Below the pieces are notes generated by a model. The model worked only from the letters and a program-made list of their open reading frames with translations. It did no database searches and was not told where the DNA came from. 64,000 nt of DNA, taken from contig JAQBVF010000007.1 of the NCBI GenBank assembly GCA_027623675.1, forward strand, positions 45,675-109,674, given 5' to 3'. Shown piece by piece: positions 45,802-56,009 of this stretch (positions within the stretch are counted from its first letter, which is position 1; each line of letters opens with the position of its first letter). This stretch comes from Chloroflexota bacterium. GTDB lineage: Bacteria > Chloroflexota > Dehalococcoidia > Lucifugimonadales > UBA3495. The position numbers and the translations under genes were made by a program.

Positions 45802-47046
45802 TCACCAGGTCACCAGATTCCACCCACCACTCAACGGGACGAGCCGACCGTTCAAGAGCGCGGATTGGGGACGGTCCACCAGCAGCCAATAGATATTTCC
45901 GGGCACCATGGACTTGACGGTGTTGATGCTGGCGAATGCCGGGCGGGGATCAAAGAAATTCCAGTTCTGGGTGTCGTTATCGTAGGCCCACACCCGGACC
46001 AGGTTGTCGTTCTGGACCAGATCTATCAGGTCCAGAGATGCCCCCACCGCAGGCTGGGGGGTTGGAAGCGGTTGCTGTACCACGGGCCCCTCCAGCACGG
46101 TGAAGCTCCTGACCGCGGTAACTTTCCCCACCGTCGCCGATACGGTGTGAATTCCAGGTGCAAACACGGGCACGGCAAAGAACGATTGGAACCGGCCATT
46201 TCCATCCGTGGCCGGCTCGGACGAACCCGATACCGTTGTATTGCCAGCCCGGAGACTGGAGACATCGGTATAGGCCGGGAACCTTTCGCCGGTAACCGTG
46301 ACCACACTGCCTGGTAGTCCTTCCATCGGAGAAAGCGTGACCAACGCCCCTGGGACTGCGTGGGTGTAGATGCCGAACTGGTCGAAGCCCACCACGGTGG
46401 CCCGGACCTTATTTTCGGATGGAATACCAGCCGAATTTGGGACCTTTAACGTTGTACTGATCTGCCCCCTGGTATCGGGGGTAACCTCGCCCACTTTGAC
46501 GTCACCATAGGTGATCGCCACGCGGACGGTGGTGGCAACGGCCTGGTTCGATGCCGGAAACCCATCCCCGGTTAGGGAGAAACTGGAGCCGCGCACCCCT
46601 TCTTTCGGGTCCAGAGTGATGTTGGGTGTACGGATGGTGATCTGGGTCGTCACGGACAGACCCTGGTCATCGACCGCCGATATCAAGACCACCCCCCCGG
46701 CGATGACCCTGTCGGTGACTGGGATGGTGATGTAAGTGGCCCAGCCGCCCGTGGCGTCGAAATTGATGGGGTAGGTGACGTTGGGCGAGGTGAGTTGGGT
46801 GCCGCCGACGGTGATGACGCTGGTTCCGGCGCCGGTGATTTGATGCGCCCCTGATTCCTGAGCGCCGCCCGAGGTGGACGCTGGCGTGAACCCGGCTCCC
46901 CTCAGGACCACTGTCTCATTGGGGACCGCGCCCTGTGGCGTAACCGTGAGGACGGCGTCGCTTTGGGCGGCTGCGGGACCGGCCCCGAAGGACGCGAAGA
47001 GGACTGCCAAAACCATGAGGAAGACGAGTTTCGGCCTTGGGTACAC
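45802..47046 (-). CDS. Secreted/surface protein with Ig-like repeats
   Basis: Signal peptide (AAAQ); three beta-rich 'L.P..G..G..VT..G.GF' repeats; C-terminal RVWAYDN..W.FFDPRP..GWNLVTW domain. Start uncertain. Confidence 0.75.
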   Translation of the reverse strand: MYPRPKLVFLMVLAVLFASFGAGPAAAQSDAVLTVTPQGAVPNETVVLRGAGFTPASTSGGAQESGAHQITGAGTSVITVGGTQLTSPNVTYPINFDATGGWATYITIPVTDRVIAGGVVLISAVDDQGLSVTTQITIRTPNITLDPKEGVRGSSFSLTGDGFPASNQAVATTVRVAITYGDVKVGEVTPDTRGQISTTLKVPNSAGIPSENKVRATVVGFDQFGIYTHAVPGALVTLSPMEGLPGSVVTVTGERFPAYTDVSSLRAGNTTVSGSSEPATDGNGRFQSFFAVPVFAPGIHTVSATVGKVTAVRSFTVLEGPVVQQPLPTPQPAVGASLDLIDLVQNDNLVRVWAYDNDTQNWNFFDPRPAFASINTVKSMVPGNIYWLLVDRPQSALLNGRLVPLSGGWNLVTW

Positions 47047-47140
47047 CGCCACCCCTCCCAAACAAATCGTTTCACCATGATACCAGGCGGCGGACGGCGG
47101 TCCATCCTGTTACGCTAACGGTTTGGCGTGAATGCATCGC

Positions 47141-47923
47141 CTAGTGCATCACCAGTCCGCCGTCCACGTTAAAGGCTTGCCCGGTGATGTTCCTGCCGCC
47201 CGGGCCAGCCAGAAATTCAGCCATCGCCGCGATGTCTTCCGGCTCGTTGGGCCGTCCGATGGGGATACGGGCGTCCCGGTTGGCCTCCATCTCCTGCAGG
47301 GACTGTCCGGTGACCTGAGCGCGTCCGGCCATGGTCTCCGCCGCCATGGCAGTGAGGGTCGATCCGGGGCAGATGGCGTTGACGTTGATGTCGTACTTGC
47401 CCAGTTGCAGCGCCGCGATGTGGGTCATGGATATCACCGCGCCCTTACTGGCGGCATAGGCGGCATTGGACGTGCCGGCATACCCCTTTCCGGCGATGGA
47501 GGCGATGTTGATGATCCGGCCTCCGTGACCCTGGTCGATCAACTCTCGGGCCGCCCGCTGCATGCAGAAGAAGACTCCCTTGGCGTTAACCCTGTGTATC
47601 ATGTCCCAGTCGCTTTCCTGCACGTCCATGATGTCCAGATATTTGGTGATTCCGGCGTTGTTCACCACGATATCGATGCGGCCAAATGTGTCTTTGGCCT
47701 GGCGCACCATGCGGTCGATATCGTCCAGGTTGCCCATGTCGGCAGGCAGGGCGATACTCTCCCGGCCCAGTTGTTTCACGGCCACGGTGGTGTCTTCGGC
47801 GTTGGCGGCGTCGATGTCCGACACGGCGACGTTGGCGCCCGCCTCGGCCAACCGGAGGGATATCGCCCGCCCCATGCCCCTGCCGGCGCCGGTTACCAGG
47901 GCTATCTTGTCTTGCAATTGCAT
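47141..47923 (-). CDS. SDR family NAD(P)-dependent oxidoreductase
   Basis: TGAGRGMG, NNAG, YAASK, NVDGG. Confidence 0.95.
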   Translation of the reverse strand: MQLQDKIALVTGAGRGMGRAISLRLAEAGANVAVSDIDAANAEDTTVAVKQLGRESIALPADMGNLDDIDRMVRQAKDTFGRIDIVVNNAGITKYLDIMDVQESDWDMIHRVNAKGVFFCMQRAARELIDQGHGGRIINIASIAGKGYAGTSNAAYAASKGAVISMTHIAALQLGKYDINVNAICPGSTLTAMAAETMAGRAQVTGQSLQEMEANRDARIPIGRPNEPEDIAAMAEFLAGPGGRNITGQAFNVDGGLVMH

Positions 47924-48098
47924 ATAGAACCTCTAGATACGACCGGGTGGATACGGTTGGGGCGAGTGTAGTCGCGCCTAATATGCCTGTCAACGACACA
48001 CGACAGTCTCTTCGTTGACAGGCGATCTGGCCCAGACTAAACTCCCGGCAACTTCCAAGCAGGCTCCTATCAGGCTCATATTCCGAGGGAGGAACGAT

Positions 48099-49517
48099 AT
48101 GGCGAACGCAAGGGTCGATACGATCGTGAGAGGCGGCAAAGTGGTGACCTCGTCTCAGGTGATGGACGCGGCGGTGGCCATTCAGGGAGAGAAGATCGCG
48201 GCGGTCGGGCCGGAAAACCTGATGCCAGAAGCCGACAGGTACATCGACGCGGAAGGCAAGTTCGTGCTGCCGGGGCTGATCGATTCCCACGTGCATCTGG
48301 ACGGACACGACGACTATGCCTTGGGCGCATTGGCGGCGGCCCACGCCGGTTTGACGACCTTGGTCCCCTTCGGAAATTACGCTTTGGAGGGTGACGAGAC
48401 CCTGGAGCAGGCGATACGCCGCGTCCAAGATGAGGTCGGCACGGCGGCGTTGGTGGACTTTGGCTTCCACTTCATCCTGCAGAACCGGCCCAGCATCCTG
48501 GCTTCACTTCCCCGGGCCATGGAACTGGGTGTGAAGTCGTTCAAGATGTTCATGACGTACAAGAAACGGCCCGGCCGGATGTGCGATGACGACTATATCT
48601 GCAACGCCATGGACCTGGTCGCCAAGGGCGGCGGTGTGCTGCAGCTCCACTGCGAGAGCGGCAACATCATTGAATACCTGGAGAACAAGTTGATCGCCGA
48701 GGGGCACACTCATCCCGAGGACTTTCCCACGGCCTGCCCCGATTGGGCCGAAGAAGAGGCGATCAACCGGGCTATCAAGATGGGCGCCGCCACCGGGTGC
48801 CCCACCTACGTGGTGCACCTCAGCACGCAACTAGGTCTGGAACGGATCAAACTGGCGCAGGCCCAGGGTCAGAAGATCTGGACCGAGACCTGCCCTCAAT
48901 ACCTGCTGCTATCCGACGCCGAGATGGCCAAGTTCGGCCCGCTGGCGAAGATTGGCCCTCCATTGCGGCCCGAAGACGGACCGGACCGGGACGCGCTGTG
49001 GAACGGTCTCCGGCAGGGACAGATATCCTTGGTGGGCAGCGACCATTCGCCCCACCCCGAGGAGTTGAAGAAGCCAGGCTGGGACAACATATTCGTGACG
49101 CCCGACGGCGCATCGGTCCCGTTTGGCTCGCCGGGCATCGAAACCGTGGCCCCGTTGATGTACAGCGAAGGAGTGGTCAAGCGGGGCTTCCCCATCTGGT
49201 GGCTGGCTCGGGTGATGGCGGAGAACCCGGCCCGAATCTTTGGGCTATATCCGAGAAAGGGCGTGATCCAAGCAGGCTCCGACGCCGACCTGCTGATCCT
49301 GGACCCGGGAGTCGACCGGGTGGTGACGGCCAAGGACCACCACAGCAACGCCGGGTACACCCTGTTCGAGGGCTGGAAGGTGAGCGGCAGGCCCTGGATG
49401 ACCCTGCTCCGAGGACAGGTGCTTCTGAACCAGGGAACATTGGAGCAGAAACCCGGCTACGGCAAGTTTCTGGCCTGCGAGGGTCCAACCACGCCCCTGG
49501 GCGGACCGGTGGACTAA
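48099..49517 (+). CDS. Dihydropyrimidinase/allantoinase-like cyclic amidohydrolase
   Basis: PGLIDSHVH, SFKMFM (carboxylated Lys), HCE, VVHLS, ETCPQYL, GSDH, NPARIFGL, GSDADL. Confidence 0.93.
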   Translation: MANARVDTIVRGGKVVTSSQVMDAAVAIQGEKIAAVGPENLMPEADRYIDAEGKFVLPGLIDSHVHLDGHDDYALGALAAAHAGLTTLVPFGNYALEGDETLEQAIRRVQDEVGTAALVDFGFHFILQNRPSILASLPRAMELGVKSFKMFMTYKKRPGRMCDDDYICNAMDLVAKGGGVLQLHCESGNIIEYLENKLIAEGHTHPEDFPTACPDWAEEEAINRAIKMGAATGCPTYVVHLSTQLGLERIKLAQAQGQKIWTETCPQYLLLSDAEMAKFGPLAKIGPPLRPEDGPDRDALWNGLRQGQISLVGSDHSPHPEELKKPGWDNIFVTPDGASVPFGSPGIETVAPLMYSEGVVKRGFPIWWLARVMAENPARIFGLYPRKGVIQAGSDADLLILDPGVDRVVTAKDHHSNAGYTLFEGWKVSGRPWMTLLRGQVLLNQGTLEQKPGYGKFLACEGPTTPLGGPVD

Positions 49518-49623
49518 ACTTCCAGTATCGGCGGCCGGTTCGGTCCGGGCACCACGAAAGGACACAAAGCCACGCGCTGGGCGGGTTTGAGATTCGCCGC
49601 GAAACATCTGCGTTCCGGGCAGC

Positions 49624-51714
49624 CTAACGACCGACTTCCGCCGCCATCCAAGCCAGGAATACTTCCACCGCCTCGGGGTCTTCCAATTGGTAGTCGGCCG
49701 AGGACAGCAGCTCCGGCGGCGCCATGCGGCGTCTGCCCATGACGGCAACGTTGCACCCGGTTAATCCCTCGGATTCACGAAGCAGGTCCAACATCTTGAA
49801 TCCATCAACGTCGGTGATATCGTCGCCGAGCATTATCGCTGACTTGATCTTGTGTTCCTCAACGATTGACCTTAGCGCAGTCCCCTTTGTTATCTCAGTG
49901 GAGACTTGCATCTCGATCACCATGCTCCCCTCGTATCGGGTCAAACCCGCTGAATAGGGGCTCGTCTCGAAAAAACTCGATACGGCCTCGCGTGCCCCGG
50001 CACGGTCGATGGCCTGCCGATAGTGGACCGCAACTGAAAACGGTTTTTCTTCAATCACGATTCCAGAGATGCCGTTCAATGCGGATTTGGCCGCCCTGGC
50101 CAACCGGCGAAGGTCCCGGCTGGCAGCCGGAACATCGGTTGCGAAGGTAGTGGTTCCTTTTTCCCATACTTCGAGGCCGTGGCTTGCCTCGTAAATCACG
50201 GAAGGCAGACCCACCAATGACCTCGCGCTTGCGACATCCCGCTCGGTAAGTATCACTACTGTGATGCGGTTGGCCAGCACTGATAGAGCCTGACGCACCG
50301 CCGGAGAGATCCTGGCAAACCGGGGCGCCAAAGCGATGGGCGCCAGCGTGCCGTCGATTGAAGTGAACAGGGCTATCGGAGAACGCTTCAACATCTTTCT
50401 GATCTCACCCAGATTCTCCATCAGCGGCGCTGGCACCCGCACCCCGCCGCCTTCAGCCTCCTCGGCTTCTCGAATCAGAGTTTCCATCTCGAGGGCCCAT
50501 GGATCAGCCGGCAGGATGATATCTTCGCCCGGGTCCGGTAACGTGGGCGCCGGCTGATCGACCGACGCTCCCGCCGTCTCCGTTTGGGCCGTAGGTTGAT
50601 TTCCCCAATAGATCGTCCGATGGGGAAATGGAATCTCGATGCCCTCCCGGTCGAACTCTCGCTTGATCCGCCGCCGCAACTCCCCAGTTACCTCCCATTG
50701 CCGGATGGGTTTGGTTACACCGGTGACCTTTATGGCGATCCCGGAATCGTCGAAGCTGTCCACCCTCAGGACCCGCAGCGGTTCGACAACAAGTTCGGAA
50801 AAATATGCGGCCGAGGAGAGGTCGACGCACACCCTATCGAGCACCCGGATGACGTGGTCTAGGTCCTCTTTGTAAGCGACGGAAACATTGAGGTTCACCC
50901 GAGAGAAAGTCTTGGTATAGTTGCTCGCCGTGGTGATCTCTCCGTTGGGAATCATGTGCACGATGCCGTCCAGGTCGCGCAGGACCGTCCGACGTAGACT
51001 GACAGCCTCGACCATGCCCGTTTTCCCCCCAACCGAAGCCACGTCACCCACCCGGTAATGGTCTTCCAAAAGGACAAAGGCCCCGGCGATCATGTCCCTA
51101 ACCAAGTGCTGGGCACCGAAGCCGAGCGCGATGCCGACGATTCCGACACCGGCAAGCAGGGGAGCGAGATTGAAGCCAAACTCCGCCAGCAACATGACCG
51201 TGGCGATCAGAATTACCACGGCGTTTACGGCATAAAGACTGAATTGGGCCAGAGAGTCGGCTCTTTTTAATGCTTCATCAAGCTCTATACCCGTCTTCCC
51301 TCTGGAAACACTCGTCCGAAACAATGGGGGCAGGACTCGGAAATTCACCCGGGTGATGAATATCACCACGATAACGATCAGCACCGAACGGACGAGGTGG
51401 GTGCCCATCCAGATCGCGGTATCCAGCCCGATCTCCTTCAGGCGGCTTTTCGCGATTGCCACGTCCGCGCCCAACTCAGCGGCGATGGCCAGCCCAACCG
51501 CTGCCGCGATGACCGACCCCACCAGGAGCGCCGTCCACTTTCCGGCCGATTCCTCTTGGTCAATGAGCATTTCGACTAATCGGTCGCCACCAATACCCCG
51601 GGCAACCCTAGGCAAAAAACTCCGTATGCTGAGGTACAGCACCGCGAATCCAAGGATCCCGCCCACTACGGCGACGGTGATCCACAAGCCAGTGTCAAAA
51701 AACCAATCGTTCAT
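49624..51714 (-). CDS. MscS-family mechanosensitive channel fused to a trehalose-6-phosphate phosphatase-like (HAD IIB) domain
   Basis: GIALGFGAQ, YRVGD, GMVE, IPNG, FDREGIEIPFP (MscS); then SIDGTLAPI, SHGLE, EEK..VHYR, KG.A, GDDITD (OtsB-like). Confidence 0.88.
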   Translation of the reverse strand: MNDWFFDTGLWITVAVVGGILGFAVLYLSIRSFLPRVARGIGGDRLVEMLIDQEESAGKWTALLVGSVIAAAVGLAIAAELGADVAIAKSRLKEIGLDTAIWMGTHLVRSVLIVIVVIFITRVNFRVLPPLFRTSVSRGKTGIELDEALKRADSLAQFSLYAVNAVVILIATVMLLAEFGFNLAPLLAGVGIVGIALGFGAQHLVRDMIAGAFVLLEDHYRVGDVASVGGKTGMVEAVSLRRTVLRDLDGIVHMIPNGEITTASNYTKTFSRVNLNVSVAYKEDLDHVIRVLDRVCVDLSSAAYFSELVVEPLRVLRVDSFDDSGIAIKVTGVTKPIRQWEVTGELRRRIKREFDREGIEIPFPHRTIYWGNQPTAQTETAGASVDQPAPTLPDPGEDIILPADPWALEMETLIREAEEAEGGGVRVPAPLMENLGEIRKMLKRSPIALFTSIDGTLAPIALAPRFARISPAVRQALSVLANRITVVILTERDVASARSLVGLPSVIYEASHGLEVWEKGTTTFATDVPAASRDLRRLARAAKSALNGISGIVIEEKPFSVAVHYRQAIDRAGAREAVSSFFETSPYSAGLTRYEGSMVIEMQVSTEITKGTALRSIVEEHKIKSAIMLGDDITDVDGFKMLDLLRESEGLTGCNVAVMGRRRMAPPELLSSADYQLEDPEAVEVFLAWMAAEVGR

Positions 51715-51904
51715 ATATCGATGCTAAGGGCGCGGCAGAAGTACGGATGGTGAATAGGAAAACCGGGACGCCCACTCAATCTTATCAGGAATGGCGGCGT
51801 AGTAGATTCGGAGTAATCCACCACCTAATAAGCTTTCCAGGCAAGGCCCGTAGGGGATGATGGCAGGCTTCCGACGCAACAAAGCAGCCGAAAACGGCGA
51901 AGCC

Positions 51905-51943
51905 AAAAAAGGGGCATCTCGGTGGAATCGGGATGCCCCTTTT
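51905..51943. terminator. Bidirectional intrinsic terminator
   Basis: AAAAAAGGGGCATCTCG...CGGGATGCCCCTTTT. Confidence 0.8.
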
Positions 51944-52106
51944 GTTTCGCCCTGGTGTTTGTTGACCCCTGGAACCTGCCAGGCCCCATGGGAAAACCGT
52001 GCCCCTTTTAACATTGGTAACCGCCACGGTATGCCTAACGCGTTTGCAGGCGCGTTCGAACTCCACCGCCACGATCACAAGGCACGACAGACCGCCGATG
52101 CGCCGG

Positions 52107-53189
52107 TTACCCTACCCGCACGTTCTGGAACTCGGGCATCACGTCTTTGGCGAAGAGTTCGATCGACCGGATGACCTTCTCGTGGGGCAGGCCGGGGAAC
52201 CCGAAGTTGCCGAACACGTGGTTGATCCCGGCGGCTTGGGTCGCCTTCAGGCGCTCGATAACCACCTCAGGCGTTCCCACCAGCGGCGGCAGTCCGGCGT
52301 GGCCAGGGTCGTCGCGGCGTTCCCGGTCTGCCTGGCGGTTGGACCAGTGTTCGTAACCGGGCGGTACGTTGCCATTCTTGTCGATGGGGGAGCCGATGGC
52401 GCCGTTGTGGCCCTCGGACCGCAGGATCCGCGAGGAGAAGTTCTGCAGCTCGGCAGCGTCTCGTTCGGCCTCTTCCTGGGTCGGAGCAACGTAGATGCCC
52501 TTGGACATGGGCGGGTCCAGGTGCTCGTGGGGATAACCGTACTCTTCCATCTTGGCCCGCCAGGCCCTAACCACTTGGGGCGCCTGGCCCAGGATGTCGG
52601 TGGGGCCGCCGGCGATGACCTGGATCTGGTTCTTGGCCGCGAAGTCGATGCTGGCCGGAGAGGTGCTCACCGCCTGGAACAGCGGCGGATGGGGCTGCTG
52701 AATCGGCTTGGGCAGGACCCATAGGTCCTCCACATCGGTGAACTTACCTTTATAGGTTAGCGTTTCCTCGGTCCAGGCCTTCTTGATGACATCCACGGCT
52801 TCATAGAACCTTTCGCGGCTGGTGTTGATGTCGATGCCCAGTCCGTCGAATTCCTGCCGCTGGTAGCCGGAGCCGATGCCCAGGTTGAGGCGGCCACCAC
52901 TGATGACGTCGACCATCGCGGCTTCTTCCGCCACCAGGATGGGATTGTGCAGGGGCAGCACCACCACGGCGGTGCCGATGCGGATGTTCTTGGTGCGGCC
53001 GGCCACCATGCCGGCGAAGGACCAGATGCCCGACAGCAGGCCGTGGCGGGAGAAGCGGTGCTCCCCGAGCCAGACCTCGTCGATGCCAAGCTGGTCGGCC
53101 AGTTCTATCTGGGCCATGGCTTCATCGAGGGACTGCTGCTGCCCCTTGCTCTCGTGCCAAGGGACGATCGTGAAGATTCCAAACTTCAT
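52107..53189 (-). CDS. LLM-class flavin-dependent oxidoreductase
   Basis: WLGEHRF, IGTAVVVLPLHNP..VAEEAA.VD..SGGRL.LGIG.GY, PKPIQQPHPP, IELFAKDVMP. Confidence 0.93.
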   Translation of the reverse strand: MKFGIFTIVPWHESKGQQQSLDEAMAQIELADQLGIDEVWLGEHRFSRHGLLSGIWSFAGMVAGRTKNIRIGTAVVVLPLHNPILVAEEAAMVDVISGGRLNLGIGSGYQRQEFDGLGIDINTSRERFYEAVDVIKKAWTEETLTYKGKFTDVEDLWVLPKPIQQPHPPLFQAVSTSPASIDFAAKNQIQVIAGGPTDILGQAPQVVRAWRAKMEEYGYPHEHLDPPMSKGIYVAPTQEEAERDAAELQNFSSRILRSEGHNGAIGSPIDKNGNVPPGYEHWSNRQADRERRDDPGHAGLPPLVGTPEVVIERLKATQAAGINHVFGNFGFPGLPHEKVIRSIELFAKDVMPEFQNVRVG

Positions 53190-53422
53190 CTGCTTGTCTC
53201 CTTTGATTTAGGTGCCTCGTGATATGGGCGCCGTGGTATGTGTGCTCTGACGTGCCCGCGAATGTCCGGGTGCTTCTCGCATTCAGGCGCGTCTAGCCGG
53301 ACTGGGTGGCGGGAACACAAAACGTTGGAGCAAGGATACACCGAGGCTGGTACGGGGGACAAGAATCGCTCGCCCTGGCCGGGATGAGCATGGAACTGCC
53401 GCGGATGGCGGGAAGCTTCAGT

Positions 53423-54364
53423 TTAGGCGGTTCCCGGCAAGGCCTCGCTGCTCAGGGGGACCTCGGCTTCCGAGGACCAGCCAAGCAGGCCGGCTACGAA
53501 GTGAAATATGGCGTAAGTTTCAAGCCCGAACGGCGGGTAGCCCAGGTATCCCAGCAGAGGCATCTCGAAGATCCGGGCGAAATCCAGGTAGCCGATGTTG
53601 TATTCCCAGGCGACCGAGGCGTCCCTGTTCCACATCTCCCAGAAGAACCCGCAGACCAGCGCGCCCAGGCCGAACGCAACGATCATCCGGTAGTCGCCCT
53701 TCTTAACCTGGGAGATGATGCTGGGCCTGCCGGCCATATGGTTGATGGGGTCGAAGAAGAGGAAGAGGCTCACCCAGGTGAGAGGGAAGAGATAGGTAGG
53801 CCATACGAGCATGGCGGCCATGGATAGCACGCCGAGAACCGCCGTAAAAATGACCTGCCGCCGGCTGAGGACCAGGGCGCGCATCCGCTCGAACCGCTTG
53901 ATAAAGCTGAATGAGCCGACAAGCTCTGACATTTCGAACACCACGGGAATCACCGTGGAGTAGGAAAGAGACGATTCAATGAGGTCAACTATGCCCCGGC
54001 CATTCTCCGTGGAGACATATATCCAATTCTGAGTGATCTCGTTGATGCCTTCAAATACCCACCAATAGGGCAGCAGGAACATCACCGCCACGATCCTGGG
54101 GCTGCGGACTATCAGCGACGTAGCCGTGCGGCGCAGCACCAGCCCATCGATAAACAGGATGAACCCCAGCCACAAAGGGAAAAACACGTTCTGACTGGTC
54201 TGCTGGGACAGCGGCCACGTGATGGCGATCAGAAGCAGGCCAACAAGGCCGCGGTACGGCAGGAAGTAGCGCTGCAACGGTTTTTCCCGCAAGGGGATGC
54301 GCCGGACCGGAAGACGGCTGTCCTCGAAGCGCACTAGTCCTTTCATATCCAGCTTACTCAGCAC
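53423..54364 (-). CDS. Conserved polytopic membrane protein of unknown function
   Basis: About 8 hydrophobic helices; WWVFE..N..QNW.Y and GFFWEMWN..W.Y..FEMPLLGYLGYPPF internal repeats. Confidence 0.8.
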   Translation of the reverse strand: MLSKLDMKGLVRFEDSRLPVRRIPLREKPLQRYFLPYRGLVGLLLIAITWPLSQQTSQNVFFPLWLGFILFIDGLVLRRTATSLIVRSPRIVAVMFLLPYWWVFEGINEITQNWIYVSTENGRGIVDLIESSLSYSTVIPVVFEMSELVGSFSFIKRFERMRALVLSRRQVIFTAVLGVLSMAAMLVWPTYLFPLTWVSLFLFFDPINHMAGRPSIISQVKKGDYRMIVAFGLGALVCGFFWEMWNRDASVAWEYNIGYLDFARIFEMPLLGYLGYPPFGLETYAIFHFVAGLLGWSSEAEVPLSSEALPGTA

Positions 54365-54472
54365 CTACTAAATCTCTCATAACCTTAATAAAAGGGCAAT
54401 CGGAAGTTGGGCCGAATTACATGCCATTCGGCCCTCGTGCCCACCAGATGGAATCGGACCGGCGGGGCCGAT

Positions 54473-55882
54473 CTACCGGTCGAAGCCGGGTGGCCGCCGG
54501 GAATGCCACTCGGTGCCCTGCTCGTAGGCGTGCCCAGCCCGGAACACTGTGCCTTCGTCGAAGGGCCGTCCCGCGATCTGAAGGCCGATGGGCAGTCCAG
54601 TGGCGGTGAAGCCGCAGGGCACGCTCATGGCCGGCACGTTGGCCAGGCTGAACGTGGTGGCCAACAGCCACGGTATGCGGCTGCTCGCCGCTTTGCTGTC
54701 GATGGCCGGGTCCGGGCCCAGCGGTTGCGCCGCCACGCCCGTGGACGGAGATAGCAGCAGGTCCACACTATCCAGGGCGGCGATCACCTGGTCGCGGACC
54801 ATCGCCCGCAGCCGCAGGCCCTTGTAGTAGTAGGGCGAGGGCATGATGCTGCTGGCCAGGTAGGCGATGCGGTTGTCGTGGGCGATATCCTGGGGGCGGT
54901 CGCGCAGCAGGTCTTGGTAGGTTACGGGGGCTTCCACCCTGATCGCGCCGTTGATGGCCCCGGCATTGGCGGCCAACGGGATCGACAGTTCCTCCACCCG
55001 AGCGCCCATGGCCCGCAGGGTGTCAGCAGCGTCCAGGATAGACCGGCGTATCTCCTCTTCAACCAGGCCGGTGTACAGCAGTTCGCGGACGATGCCGAAC
55101 CTCAAACCCTTGATATCTCCAGTGAGGGCTTGCCGGTAATCGGGGACCGGCACAGAACTGCTCATCCTGTCTTTGGGGTCGTGGCCCGCGATCGCCGCCA
55201 GGGTGATGGCGCAGTCTTCCACGGTGCGTCCCAGAGGACCGATGGTGTCCATGGAACGGACTCCGGGCATGACCCCATAGCGGCTAACCCTGCCCCAGGT
55301 GGGACGGATGCCGGCCAGTCCGCACCAGGCCGCCGGAAAGCGCACCGAGCCGCCGGTGTCTTCGCCCAGCGACGAGGCGCACAGGAAAGCGGCGGTGGCG
55401 GCCCCCGAACCGCTGCTGGAACCACCGGTGGAACGTTCCAGGTCCCAGGGGTTCCGGGGCGGGTCGAACTGGTGGGAAAGGCCAGAGGTGGCGAACTCGG
55501 TCATATTCAACTTGCCCAGCACCACGGACCCCGCTTCTTTCAGTTTGACGATCACCGTTGCGTCTTCCGTCGGGTAGAAGTTGTTGAACACCGGCGACCC
55601 TCCGGTGGTCAGGATGCCCTTGGTGTAGATCTGGTCCTTCACGGCAACGGGTAGGCCGTGCATGGGGCCACGGTGGTTCCCGGATGCGATCTCTTGCTCC
55701 GCGGTCTTGGCGGCTTGGATGGCGTCATCGGCGGTAACCGTCACGAAGGCCCGAAGCACACCGTCATGCGATTCGATGCGTTCCAGATATGCCTCCGTGG
55801 CCTCGACAGGAGAGACCTCTTTCACGGCGATCAAGCGGGATAATTCCGCTGCCGAGAGAAAGGGCAGGTCGGTTTTATTCAT
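54473..55882 (-). CDS. Amidase-signature family protein (GatA/AtzE-like)
   Basis: AVKD, GKLNMTEFA, GGSSSGS, GEDTGGSVR, GLPIGLQI. Confidence 0.93.
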   Translation of the reverse strand: MNKTDLPFLSAAELSRLIAVKEVSPVEATEAYLERIESHDGVLRAFVTVTADDAIQAAKTAEQEIASGNHRGPMHGLPVAVKDQIYTKGILTTGGSPVFNNFYPTEDATVIVKLKEAGSVVLGKLNMTEFATSGLSHQFDPPRNPWDLERSTGGSSSGSGAATAAFLCASSLGEDTGGSVRFPAAWCGLAGIRPTWGRVSRYGVMPGVRSMDTIGPLGRTVEDCAITLAAIAGHDPKDRMSSSVPVPDYRQALTGDIKGLRFGIVRELLYTGLVEEEIRRSILDAADTLRAMGARVEELSIPLAANAGAINGAIRVEAPVTYQDLLRDRPQDIAHDNRIAYLASSIMPSPYYYKGLRLRAMVRDQVIAALDSVDLLLSPSTGVAAQPLGPDPAIDSKAASSRIPWLLATTFSLANVPAMSVPCGFTATGLPIGLQIAGRPFDEGTVFRAGHAYEQGTEWHSRRPPGFDR

Positions 55883-55898
55883 GCTATAAACCTACTTT

Positions 55899-55946
55899 AG
55901 AACTAGCCTGAGAACTAGCCTGAGAACTAGCCTGAGAACTAGCCTG
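55899..55946. repeat. Tandem repeat (AGAACTAGCCTG)x4
   Basis: Four perfect 12-bp units, 16 nt upstream of the amidase start codon. Confidence 0.97.
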
Positions 55947-56009
55947 GCGATGGAATCACCGCATGATAGGTCGGCGGTGTTGGCCGGTCAACCGGCTTCC
56001 GGGGTTTCC

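Noticed and set aside
51720-52100. Riboswitch (e.g. c-di-AMP) upstream of the MscS fusion
   Set aside because: Only a terminator hairpin is evident; no aptamer consensus was recognised by eye. An Rfam scan would settle it.
54473-55882. Calling the amidase gatA
   Set aside because: No gatB or gatC adjacent, and it lacks the GatA-specific SNLARYDG segment; more likely a catabolic paralog.
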